From NCBI GenBank assembly GCA_965222535.1, contig OZ244957.1:1539550-1603549 (forward strand): a stretch of DNA of 64,000 bases, in the 5' to 3' direction. Shown piece by piece: positions 9,713 to 18,536 of the stretch; the first letter of the stretch is position 1, and each line of letters opens with the position of its first letter. The notes below the pieces were generated by a model. That model was not told the origin of the DNA. It did no database searches and saw nothing but the letters and a program-made list of their open reading frames with translations. Made by a program: the position numbers and the translations under genes. Source of the DNA: Gammaproteobacteria bacterium. GTDB lineage: Bacteria > Pseudomonadota > Gammaproteobacteria > HK1.

Positions 9713-10654
9713 TTAGGGGCAACGCACTTTAGCGAAAAAATCCAGTGCCGGTTTTTTCAATCGGGCGAGGTTAGCATAAGCCACCGGCGCAAAATCCTGC
9801 TGCTGATCGCAGACGTGGTAGCGCAGCCCGTCGGTAACGATGAAGTCGCAGCCGACACCCAGACGGGTTACGTAATCCTGTGCTTGCTGTTTTGCACCTT
9901 CAAGGCCACTGCCAAAGCGTTTGGCTTCGAGCACGAAACGGCAGTGCGCCGAAGTACGCGGCAGCGTGCCAAACAGCGCGACGTCAATGTGGTGCCATTC
10001 CACGGCGATCCGCTCGGGCGGCCAGCCGAGGGCACGCAACAAGGGCACGACCAAATGGGTGACAATCTCGCTCTCGTTGGGTGCCTCGCCAAAACACGCC
10101 GGATCAGCGTAGAGTGCGGCGAGGTCGCACGCCAAACCGACCACCTCACGGAGTGCCTTGGGTGCCTCGTCAAGCGCCTCTTGGACGGGCGGCAAAGCCG
10201 GCAGCGGTGCCGTCTGCCAGTGGGTGAAGCCGGAGGCCAGGTAGGTCTTGGCATAGTTTGCTACCGCCCTATTTTGCACCAGCGAGCAGGGGTTGGTGCC
10301 AAATACGGGGCTGTCAAAGCGGTACGGCTCGGGCAGGCGAAACCAGCGTACGCGGCGGGCATGGCGCAGATCCAAACCGTCCACGTCATCAAACGCCTCA
10401 AGGCATTGGTAGCCGCCGGCAACCAGCCCGATTGCCTCCACCGTGTCATTGGCGGTACGCAGCAGCACTAGGTCGCCTTCACGCAGCGCCGCGGCAAAAC
10501 GCCGCACGGGATCCGCTGATGGGCCACTATCGCGCTGATCCGGACGGCCTTTGCCAATCAGTGCCACGCCGTACTTCAGGAAAACCTCGGCATAACGGCG
10601 GCGCTGCATTCCGCCGCAGATCTGCCACACCGCTGGGGGGCGTCCAGCGTTCAT
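9713..10654 (-). CDS. PD-(D/E)xK nuclease-fold protein (HsdR_N-like C-terminal domain) with an unassigned N-terminal domain
   Basis: The C-terminal half, SEIVTHLVVPLLRALGWPPERIAVEW..IDVALFG....FVLEAKRFG..LEGAKQQAQDYV, fits the type I R-subunit N-terminal / Mrr-like D...ExK pattern. ATG 10654 has GAGG 6 nt upstream and lies 13 nt after the methylase stop. Confidence 0.6.
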   Translation of the reverse strand: MNAGRPPAVWQICGGMQRRRYAEVFLKYGVALIGKGRPDQRDSGPSADPVRRFAAALREGDLVLLRTANDTVEAIGLVAGGYQCLEAFDDVDGLDLRHARRVRWFRLPEPYRFDSPVFGTNPCSLVQNRAVANYAKTYLASGFTHWQTAPLPALPPVQEALDEAPKALREVVGLACDLAALYADPACFGEAPNESEIVTHLVVPLLRALGWPPERIAVEWHHIDVALFGTLPRTSAHCRFVLEAKRFGSGLEGAKQQAQDYVTRLGVGCDFIVTDGLRYHVCDQQQDFAPVAYANLARLKKPALDFFAKVRCP

Positions 10655-11155
10655 CGGTACCTCGCGCTCATCGCGGCAGCACCAGCAGCAGCGCATCGAG
10701 CAGGCGCCTTTCCTCGCAGCCCTTGGGGTAGAGTGCCGAGAGGGCGTTGGCGAGGCGCAGGAACCCCCCGCCGCGATCCTGCTCGGCTTTCAGCAGGGCG
10801 CGCAAGGCGTGGGCGTGCCCGGCACGCTGCAACAACATCGCCGTATGCACGCGATCCAGCGTGGTGACGCTGCTCTGTACCGCGGCAGCGGCGTCAATCG
10901 CTGCCTTCTTTGCGGTGGGGCGGGTGCGCTTTGCGGCGGCGGCGCCCCTGTCGAGGGATAGCTCGCCCTGCGTGCTGCTCTCTAGCCGCGCGGCAGTGGC
11001 GCTGGCACCCGCTTTGCCGAACAGTTGTTCGGCACGCTTAGCCACCGGCAGCAGGTGCACCACGCCTTTGTCAAGTTTGATGATACGCTGGCTCGCAAGA
11101 TCGATCCCCATCGGCTGGGCGATGCGGCGGACGATGTCAAACGGCAGGCTGAAGC

Positions 11156-11250
11156 TCTTGCCGTTACCGTTGCTCTTGCCGTTGCCGTTACCGTTACCAT
11201 TGCCGTTGCCGTTGCCTTTGCCCTTGCCGTTACCGTTGCCGTTGCCGTTG
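11156..11250. repeat. in-frame (GCCGTT)n-type microsatellite encoding an Asn-Gly/Lys-Gly tract
   Basis: The plus strand is cttgccgttaccgttgctcttgccgttgccgttaccgtt... On the minus strand it encodes NGNGNGNGKGKGNGNGNGNGNGNGKSNGNGKS inside the methyltransferase. Confidence 0.9.
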
Positions 11251-13191
11251 GCGGGCGTGCTGCTCCGCAGCGTCCACAGGAACAACGCCGTCAGGCGTGC
11301 GTCCGCTTCTAGGGCGTCGGTGGTCGCCGCGTCGCTGCCGAGCACCCGCTCCAGGGCCGCACGGCTCACCACTTCCCAGACTTTTTCGAGGTATTCGGGC
11401 AAGCCGACCGCGTGGCCGGCGGCAGTCTCGACTGCGGCGTAGCGGCTAAACACCTCCAGTGCCGGGCCGATGCAGGCAAACACTAGGTCAGCACCATGAA
11501 TCCCCTCGCCCTGCAAGCGTTCAAACCACGCCGCGACACGCTGCTGCAACCCGCGCAGCACCGCTGCCCATTCGCCGATCGATGCCTCCTTGGGGCGCGG
11601 GCGGCAGATCAGATGGATACTGGTGGCAAGCGCCGCGGAGTCGCGTGCCCGCAGGCGCGATGCCATCTCGGTGGCAATTGGCCAAGAGGCGGTGATCGTC
11701 CAGCCGCCGCGGATCAGGCCAGACAGCAATGCCTCCCAGCCGGCGGTGGTCTTGTGGGCGAACACCACCGTACCGATGCCGTCCTCGCGCAGGATGCGGC
11801 GTCCTTCGGCAAAGGCTGCCGCCATGCCGCCTTCAAAGAATTGTTGGTCTTTTTCTGGGTAGCGCACCGCGTCCCAGTGCCTCATCTCGCACAGTTCTAA
11901 CCTTTTGGGGGTTAGTTGGTTGTCGGGGTCAAAGGGGTCACGTAACAGTGGATGGTTGGGCAGCGCACGCTTCAGCCAGACGAAAAAGAAATCCGAAAGA
12001 TCTGCGTAGGGAATGGCAAAGTAGTAGGGCGGGTCGGTGAACCACACCCCGGCGCTGTGGTCAGGCAGTGGATGCTCGGTGGCATCCGCGGATTGGACTT
12101 GGGCAGGTTTTTGCAATGGCTGATTGACCACCTGCGTAAGCCACTCAGTCTGCGTCTGAAAATCACCAGTAGAGCCACCAATGGGGTTAGACTCAGCAAA
12201 ATCCCATACGATTGGTAACGCTTGACGACCAAATGTGTCCATAAGTGACTCTCCAGAGGTCTTCCACCGGCAACCAGTGCTGTTCTGCATGGAAACCTTA
12301 TCCACGCAAAACGCCATTGTTGTCCGTACCACATCGCCGTCCTCACTGGACCACTTCCGCACCAACCTCACCAACGCCACCAACGCTACCTTCTGGCGGG
12401 CGGTGAACAGGTCGCCCCAAGTATTCATTCCATAAAGCGGTACGTTGAAGACCCCACTCATCAACGGCAAGGGCTCATCCGGTATCGGGCACAGCCCCTG
12501 CCGACCGCCCTGCTGCCACTCCGCTAGGATCGTCGCTGCCCGCTGCTGGGCGTGGTACACCGCGGCGTAGTCAGCAGCATTCGGCAGGCGGTAATGGCGT
12601 CCGCTCTGGCCGGGGCGCAGGGTTACCACCGCCGTCAGGCGCGCCCCGCCGCTGCGCTTGCCTTGCGCATCAAACACCGCATCGGCCCCGCCGCGTTGCG
12701 CCGCCAGTTGTGCCCGCACCCGCGGCGGCGGCAGCACCGTGCTGCAACACAGGCAGCGCGCCTTGGCACGTTCCACCGTGCCGCCGGCGACCGCGCTGTC
12801 GCTCACGGGGGCAAAGATCTCAAACGCGACCTGCGGCGGTGCACCTTCGGGGCGCACGACAGTGGTACGCAGCGCCCACTTGCGCTGGGGCTTCTTGCAC
12901 AGCCACAGCGAGCGCAGCAGCGGCATCTCGGCACCGCAGTGGGGCGCTTCACAGCGCACCGTACGCGCCCACAGGTAGGCAATCGGCGTGGCACCGAAAG
13001 GGTCGCTTGGGTACAGGTCGGCGAGCTCTTTTTCAGCCGCCGCCTTGATTGCCGCACCGGCGGTACGCAACTCGTGCGCCAGCCCCGCCCCGTGACGCGG
13101 GATGTCCGAAAGCATCACCTTCAGGATCAGCAGGGCGACCGGGTTCAGGTCGCTGGCAAATGCCTCGCAGCCGAGGCGCAACGCCTCCAGC

Positions 13192-13237
13192 GGGATCGAT
13201 CCGCCGCCGGCGAAGGGATCGATCCGCCGCCGGCGAA
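13192..13237. repeat. perfect 23-bp tandem duplication (2 copies)
   Basis: gggatcgatccgccgccggcgaa at 13192-13214 is repeated exactly at 13215-13237. It is followed by gggatcga (13238-13245), an 8-nt microhomology. Confidence 0.97.
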
Positions 13238-13659
13238 GGGATCGACCACCAGCGGCGACTCCTCGGGATGGGCGGCGCGTACCAGGGTGCGGGCGGCGGC
13301 GAGATAGGCGGGATTGGCAGCGTTGTCCCAGTTGGCACAGTCGGCAATGAAGTCCAGCAGGATCTGCCGTAGCCCCTCATCCGACTCGACTTTCTGCGTC
13401 CACCCCGCGGGGCGACCGTGCAGTGCCAGCAAAGCGGCGCGTGCGGCGGGCTTGAACGCCGGCGGGCAGTGCGTATCGCACGGGTCGGGCAGCAGCAGTG
13501 CCAGCAGCACCGCGCGCGATGAAGCCAGCGGGCGCCGTGCCCACCACAGATGCAGCGTCGAGGGATGCCCGTGGCGGATCGATTTTTCGCGTGCCGCGTG
13601 TTTCGATACCGCCGCAATCGGAAAATCGACCTCGGCGAGGCGCTTGCATTCCTTAGGGA

Positions 13660-16600
13660 TCATGGCGGCTCTCCATAGGGCGTCTCGCCCTCGTTGACCT
13701 GCATCGGTTGGGTCATGGCATCTACGTTTAGATAGTAGTGCTGCACCTTGCTGACCTCGTGCCAAGGATGCTTGGCGGGATCAAAGATCGGCTCTTGCAG
13801 CCGCGGTGTGGTGGCGCAGTGGGTAACAATGTAGAGCCAGTAGCAGTCGCGCCGATCCTCGGCCACGCGGCGCTCGTTGGGCGTTAGCAAGATGGTGCCG
13901 CTGGGTGCCGAGAGCCCTTTGACCTCGATCAGGCGCATCTCGCCCGAGCGCGTATCGAGGCTGGTGAGATCGTAGCCAACATTGCGGGCGCTGACATCCG
14001 TAACGCTACAGCCGCGGGCGCGCTCGTACCCTATCACCCGCTCCATGGCGAGGCGCTCGACGCTCAGATCCTGCCGCAGTTGGGTGATCTCGCGCGATAA
14101 ACGCTCAGGGTGAGGCAGTACCAGCACGCTGGTCAGGCGCTCAACCGCCTGCAACGACAGCGCCCGCTGGCGTTGCAACGCCAAGCGCCGCTGCGCACGC
14201 CGGGCGGTCAGATCGGCGTGCCGTTTCTCGGCTTTGGCAAGCCGCCCCTCGGCACCCTGTTTGTTGTCCTCAATATCGCCGACAGCACGCCCAATCTCGT
14301 CATCGGCGCGCGTAAGCAGCGCGGTCAGCGATAGCTCGACATGCTGTTCAATGCGCGCAACCTCGCTGTTGCGCTCGGCGCGCGTGGCCGTAAGAAAGGC
14401 CAGCAAGGCGTGCTGGTACAGCCAATCGAAGGGCTCTGGATCATCGGCAACGGCAGGCCGCTCGCACGGTGCCGCGGCGGGGCTGAAGTTCCCCAGCGCA
14501 CTTGGCTCGCGCAGTTGTGGCTCGGCACCGTGGCGTAGCTCGACGGCGAAAAGATTCTCGTGCACGACCTGGCCTAAGCCGTCCACCACCCGCGCGCGGA
14601 AAAAATCAATGCGTGCGGGCGCGGCGTGGGAGAGGGAGTAGAAACAAGCACCGTGACCGAAGGCTTCCGTGGCTTGAGCGCGTACATGGCGGCGGATCGA
14701 CTCGAACAGCGGGTGACCGGGCGTTACCCATTCAAGGTTGTGTTGCTCGGCGGTTTGCCGATCGGTGGAACAGCGCGGGTAGCGATCGGCGAGCCGCGGC
14801 AGCTTCCAATCCGGGGCGCGCTCGTAGCGCCGCAGCACCGCGGGGGTACGCGTCGGCTCGAAGGTATGCGGGCGATCGCCAACGACCTTAAGCGCGATGC
14901 CAGCGAAGCGTGCCGCCTCGCGCAAAAAACGCGCGATGCTCTCGGGCACCAAGCGGCGCTCTTGGGCACGTGCGCGGCGCTCAATAAGCATCGCCAAGTT
15001 GAGTTTTTTGGCAGCCAGCCCCTCTAAGGCATTGTGGCAGATGTTGCGAAAGCGGTGCTCGTCAACATCCCTTAGCAGGCGCTCCTCAAGGTCCGCATCG
15101 CCCAACTGACCGGCGTAATAATCGCGCAGCACGCGCTCGACATGCGCCGCAGGCAGCACCTCGCCGATCACGTTGAAGACCGCGTCATCGTCAAGCGCAT
15201 CGCGGATCTCTTGCAGCTTGTCGAACAGCCGTTCCAGTACCCGCCCCTCAATGGTGTTGGTGGCAACAAAGTTGAAGATCAGGCAATCCTTGAGCTGCCC
15301 ATAGCGGTGGATGCGCCCCATGCGCTGCTCAAGACGGTTGGGGTTCCACGGGATATCGTAGTTGAAGAGGATGTTGCAGCATTGCAGGTTGATGCCCTCG
15401 CCAGCCGCCTCGGTGGCCACCAGCACCTGGATCTGGGCTTCACGGAACTGCTGCTCAGTGTGGATGCGGGTGCCCTCCTGATCGCGCGATCCGGGTTTCA
15501 TCCCACCGTGGATGACCCCTACGCGAAACCCCCAGTGGTTAAGATTCTCGACCAAGTAATCAAGGGTGTCTTTGAACTCGGTGAAGATCAGCAGGCGGCG
15601 CTCGCGGTCGCCAAAAAAGCCTTCGTTTTTTAGCAGCGCTTTGAGTTTTGCCAGCTTCGCCTCGGCGTGACAACGCTCGACACCCACGGCTGCTTGGGTC
15701 AGCTCGCGCAGTTCATTGATCTCCTCATGCACCAGATCGGCGCTGTCAGCGAGGGTGATGGCTTCAAGCAGCCGCTCCAAGCGCTCACGCTCGCCTTCCT
15801 CCATCTCCTCCATCTCCTCTAAGTCGGGGATCTCTGGCGGAGCCCTCTTGGCGAGGCCCTGCGCTTCTTTGAGACCGTGCGCAAGACGCCCGGCGCGATT
15901 CTCAAGGCTGCGCCGCATGGCGCGGGTGCTGGAAGCCAAGCGCCGCTGGTAGAGCGCCATCAGGAAGCCCACGGCGCGCGCCCGCCGATCGTTACCGCGC
16001 GCCGCTGCGCGGGCGCTCTGGCGCTTTACAAAGCGCGTGATGTCGCGGTACAGATCAAGCTCCGCGGCGTCAATCAAAAACCCGACAGTGCGCGGAATGC
16101 GGCGCGTGAAGATCTTGCGTGCGACAAAGGTCCCGGCGGCGGTGCGCTCGGGAAAGTCGATCATCGCCTCCTTGGTGCGGCGCAGGTAAAACGGCGCACG
16201 CTGGTGCTTCATCGCCTCTTTGATCGACGAAACGTCAGCGTAGGCGTCGCGGTCGAGTAACTGCAAGAAGAGGGTGAAGTTGAGCGGATCGCCTTTGTGC
16301 GGCGTGGCGGTCAGCAGCAGGCAGTGATCGGAGGTATCGCGCAGTAGCTCGCCGAGCTTGTAGCGCTGGCTCTTGTGGCTCTCGTCGCGCGCTGACATGC
16401 GGTGCGCTTCGTCGATGATCACCAAGTCCCAGTGCACCTGCTTGAGCCCCGGCAGGATGTCGTGGCGCTTGGCGAGGTCGAGCGAGGTGATCACCTTGTT
16501 CTGCTCAAGCCACTGGTTGACGCCGAACTGGTCGCGCAGGTCGCTGCCCTTGAGCACCAAGAAGGGCTCGTCGAACTTCTCCTTGAGCTCGCGCTGCCAC

Positions 16601-17079
16601 TGGAAAGCCAAGTTAGCCGGAACGACAATCAGGATGCGTTCGGCAAGGCCGCGCAGTTGCAGCTCGCGCAGCAACAGCCCGGCCATGATGGTCTTGCCAG
16701 CGCCAGCATCGTCAGCCAACAGGAAACGCACGCGGGCGAGCTTCAGCAAGTGCTCATAGACTGCCTCAAGCTGGTGCGGCAGCGGGTCAACACGCGAGAT
16801 CGAAAGGCCGAAATAGGGATCGAACTCCCAAGCAATAGCGAGCGCCTGAGCCTGCAAGCCGAGCCGCAGCAAGGCACCGTCGGCACCGTAATCAAAGGCC
16901 GCCTCTTGGATGGTAAGCGACTTTAGCTCCTCCGCCGACAGGTTGACCTTGCGAAAACGCTCGCTCTGGACGCCGACCAAGCCAACGCTCCAAGTGCCGC
17001 TGGGGGACAAGCGCACTGTCTCAACCCGCATCGGCTCACTGAACAGGTCGCCGGTCAGGATTTGGCCGGTGCTGATCAC
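13660..17079 (-). CDS. SNF2-family helicase fused to a C-terminal DUF3883 (PD-(D/E)xK-like) domain, first gene of the defence operon
   Basis: 1139 aa. Helicase motifs LLADDAGAGKT, VIIDEAHRM, LLLTATPHKG and QRMGRIHRYGQ. C-terminal GYDLTSLDTRSGEMRLIEVKG...LTPNERRVAEDRRDCYWLYIV matches DUF3883. Its stop overlaps the methylase ATG as ATGA at 13660-13663. Confidence 0.9.
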   Translation of the reverse strand: MISTGQILTGDLFSEPMRVETVRLSPSGTWSVGLVGVQSERFRKVNLSAEELKSLTIQEAAFDYGADGALLRLGLQAQALAIAWEFDPYFGLSISRVDPLPHQLEAVYEHLLKLARVRFLLADDAGAGKTIMAGLLLRELQLRGLAERILIVVPANLAFQWQRELKEKFDEPFLVLKGSDLRDQFGVNQWLEQNKVITSLDLAKRHDILPGLKQVHWDLVIIDEAHRMSARDESHKSQRYKLGELLRDTSDHCLLLTATPHKGDPLNFTLFLQLLDRDAYADVSSIKEAMKHQRAPFYLRRTKEAMIDFPERTAAGTFVARKIFTRRIPRTVGFLIDAAELDLYRDITRFVKRQSARAAARGNDRRARAVGFLMALYQRRLASSTRAMRRSLENRAGRLAHGLKEAQGLAKRAPPEIPDLEEMEEMEEGERERLERLLEAITLADSADLVHEEINELRELTQAAVGVERCHAEAKLAKLKALLKNEGFFGDRERRLLIFTEFKDTLDYLVENLNHWGFRVGVIHGGMKPGSRDQEGTRIHTEQQFREAQIQVLVATEAAGEGINLQCCNILFNYDIPWNPNRLEQRMGRIHRYGQLKDCLIFNFVATNTIEGRVLERLFDKLQEIRDALDDDAVFNVIGEVLPAAHVERVLRDYYAGQLGDADLEERLLRDVDEHRFRNICHNALEGLAAKKLNLAMLIERRARAQERRLVPESIARFLREAARFAGIALKVVGDRPHTFEPTRTPAVLRRYERAPDWKLPRLADRYPRCSTDRQTAEQHNLEWVTPGHPLFESIRRHVRAQATEAFGHGACFYSLSHAAPARIDFFRARVVDGLGQVVHENLFAVELRHGAEPQLREPSALGNFSPAAAPCERPAVADDPEPFDWLYQHALLAFLTATRAERNSEVARIEQHVELSLTALLTRADDEIGRAVGDIEDNKQGAEGRLAKAEKRHADLTARRAQRRLALQRQRALSLQAVERLTSVLVLPHPERLSREITQLRQDLSVERLAMERVIGYERARGCSVTDVSARNVGYDLTSLDTRSGEMRLIEVKGLSAPSGTILLTPNERRVAEDRRDCYWLYIVTHCATTPRLQEPIFDPAKHPWHEVSKVQHYYLNVDAMTQPMQVNEGETPYGEPP

Positions 17080-17129
17080 GCCGCACCCCGCACGCTCGCA
17101 CGCGCCGCTGCACTAGCGGGTAGCAGGTG

Positions 17130-17660
17130 GCGGTGGCATAGCGGCTGCGGTTGACGCTCTGGCATAGTGGTAGGCGGGGGCTCTGGAAGGGCCGCTCTGA
17201 AAAATCACTCCCCCTTGAGGGGGAGTCGGCAAATCAAGGGCAAAGCCCACAGATTAGCCGGTGGGGGGCTTTGGGCGCAAGGCTCTGGGATCTTTGATAT
17301 TTTTAATCCTGATATATCAGGAGAATAAGGAGGGTAACGACGTTTGTATTGGGCCTGCTATTGGCAATGCGCCGATGTATCGGAGAAGAAGAACCCTCCA
17401 GCGGTAATTTCATGGTGCCGCTGAGCGGTCTATGCCGGTCAGCGAACGATGCACCGTTAGGCGCTCCTTATTAAAAAATTAAAAAACACAGGCGTGTTTA
17501 GCACCCCTAAACACGGTACTCCCTTCCCCCAAGCCCCTAACCCCAGGATCTCCTGTGCCCTTGCCTCGACGCCGTGCAGAGCCGAGGAAGGGTGAACGCT
17601 CTGGCATTGTGGCGGGCAGTGCTCTGGAAGGGCCGCTGGACTTTCGCCGTTAGGCGCACC
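17130..17660. repeat. stack of family-B composite repeats upstream of the defence operon
   Basis: Repeated GCTCTGG(C/A/G)A subunits. The block 17382-17558 is about 95% identical to 27284-27460. The block 17540-17640 matches 32310-32380 and 53130-53190. There is a perfect hairpin, actcccccttgagggggagt, near 17208. Confidence 0.8.
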
Positions 17661-17741
17661 TTATTCCAGAGCCTTACCCGTGTCGATACGGAACAGATAA
17701 CATGGAGCGCAGCTAAATTGTCGTCCGAGCGCAACGACTTA

Positions 17742-18536
17742 TTATGTTTTATTTTTCGCATTGGTAGGAATTGAAATAGATGAGTTAAACTCTACAAGAT
17801 TCTTCCAATCAATTGCTCCATTGCTATCAAAAAACATGTTTCCAAATTCCAATGTGAACATATTGATTCGATTTGAATATGCATTAATAAAGTCATCATT
17901 TCTTTCTTTAGCTTTGTGACCTAGCGGTTCTATTATATTGGTATAAAGACTCTTGTTGCCTGATATGAATTCCCAAAAATTTTGACCGCAGTATTTGTAA
18001 TAATCTCCTTTATCTGATTTGTTATCACGACCATAACAACATCCATTCACACATACGATATTCAATTTTGAATTACTAGTTCTTAATATACGCTGTGCTG
18101 TTTTAAAGTCAGATTTCATCTTGGATATTTGACTGCTATTTCCCCAATTAGGCCCAGATTTTATATTCACAATATATCTTATATTATCGTAGTCAAATTC
18201 TAAGTCTATTCCTTGTATGCCTGATTTCCATCCTCCATAAATTTTGTTATTTATGAATATTGCAAGCCCCTCTAACCAGTCGCCAAATATTGTCTCTTCA
18301 TTAGATGAAATATGCGCATCAACAAGCCCCTTAACTATTTCTTCAGATGTCAAAACATGCTTTGCTCTAAATAAATATGGATTTTTTCTTTTGAGGACTT
18401 TGCTAAGACTCAGAGTATCAAGGTTTGATATTCTTTTCTCATGAAAAATTCCGATGGTGTCTTCAACGTACTTGATTACATCATTCAGATCGATTGGTTT
18501 CATATTTAACCTTTGGTTCAAGTAAGAATAGCTCAA
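17742..18536 (-). CDS. putative type II restriction endonuclease (family not confidently assigned)
   Basis: Low-GC ORF lying immediately downstream of, and overlapping, a DNA methyltransferase gene. ATG 18503 (MKPIDL) is an alternative start. KRKNPYLFRAK and IDLEFD...IVNIKSGPNW resemble small type II REases I recall from the Eco47II/TdeIII/PmeII-like groups. Confidence 0.55.
   Translation of the reverse strand: MSYSYLNQRLNMKPIDLNDVIKYVEDTIGIFHEKRISNLDTLSLSKVLKRKNPYLFRAKHVLTSEEIVKGLVDAHISSNEETIFGDWLEGLAIFINNKIYGGWKSGIQGIDLEFDYDNIRYIVNIKSGPNWGNSSQISKMKSDFKTAQRILRTSNSKLNIVCVNGCCYGRDNKSDKGDYYKYCGQNFWEFISGNKSLYTNIIEPLGHKAKERNDDFINAYSNRINMFTLEFGNMFFDSNGAIDWKNLVEFNSSISIPTNAKNKT

Larger units (their letters stand above)
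10668..13663 (-). pseudogene. DUF1156 Zn-ribbon DNA methyltransferase (DPPY type), frameshifted by a 23-bp tandem duplication
   Basis: The gene is split into two ORF pieces, 13145-13663 and 10668-13181. The N-terminal piece carries EVDFPIAAVSKHAAREKSIRHGHPSTLHLWWARRP (DUF1156) and [12 protein letters not shown] (motif I). The distal piece carries the Cys clusters VRCEAPHCG and ARCLCCS, and FTDPPYY (motif IV). Removing one 23-bp copy joins the two pieces into a single 990-aa frame reading [27 protein letters not shown]. Confidence 0.85.
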
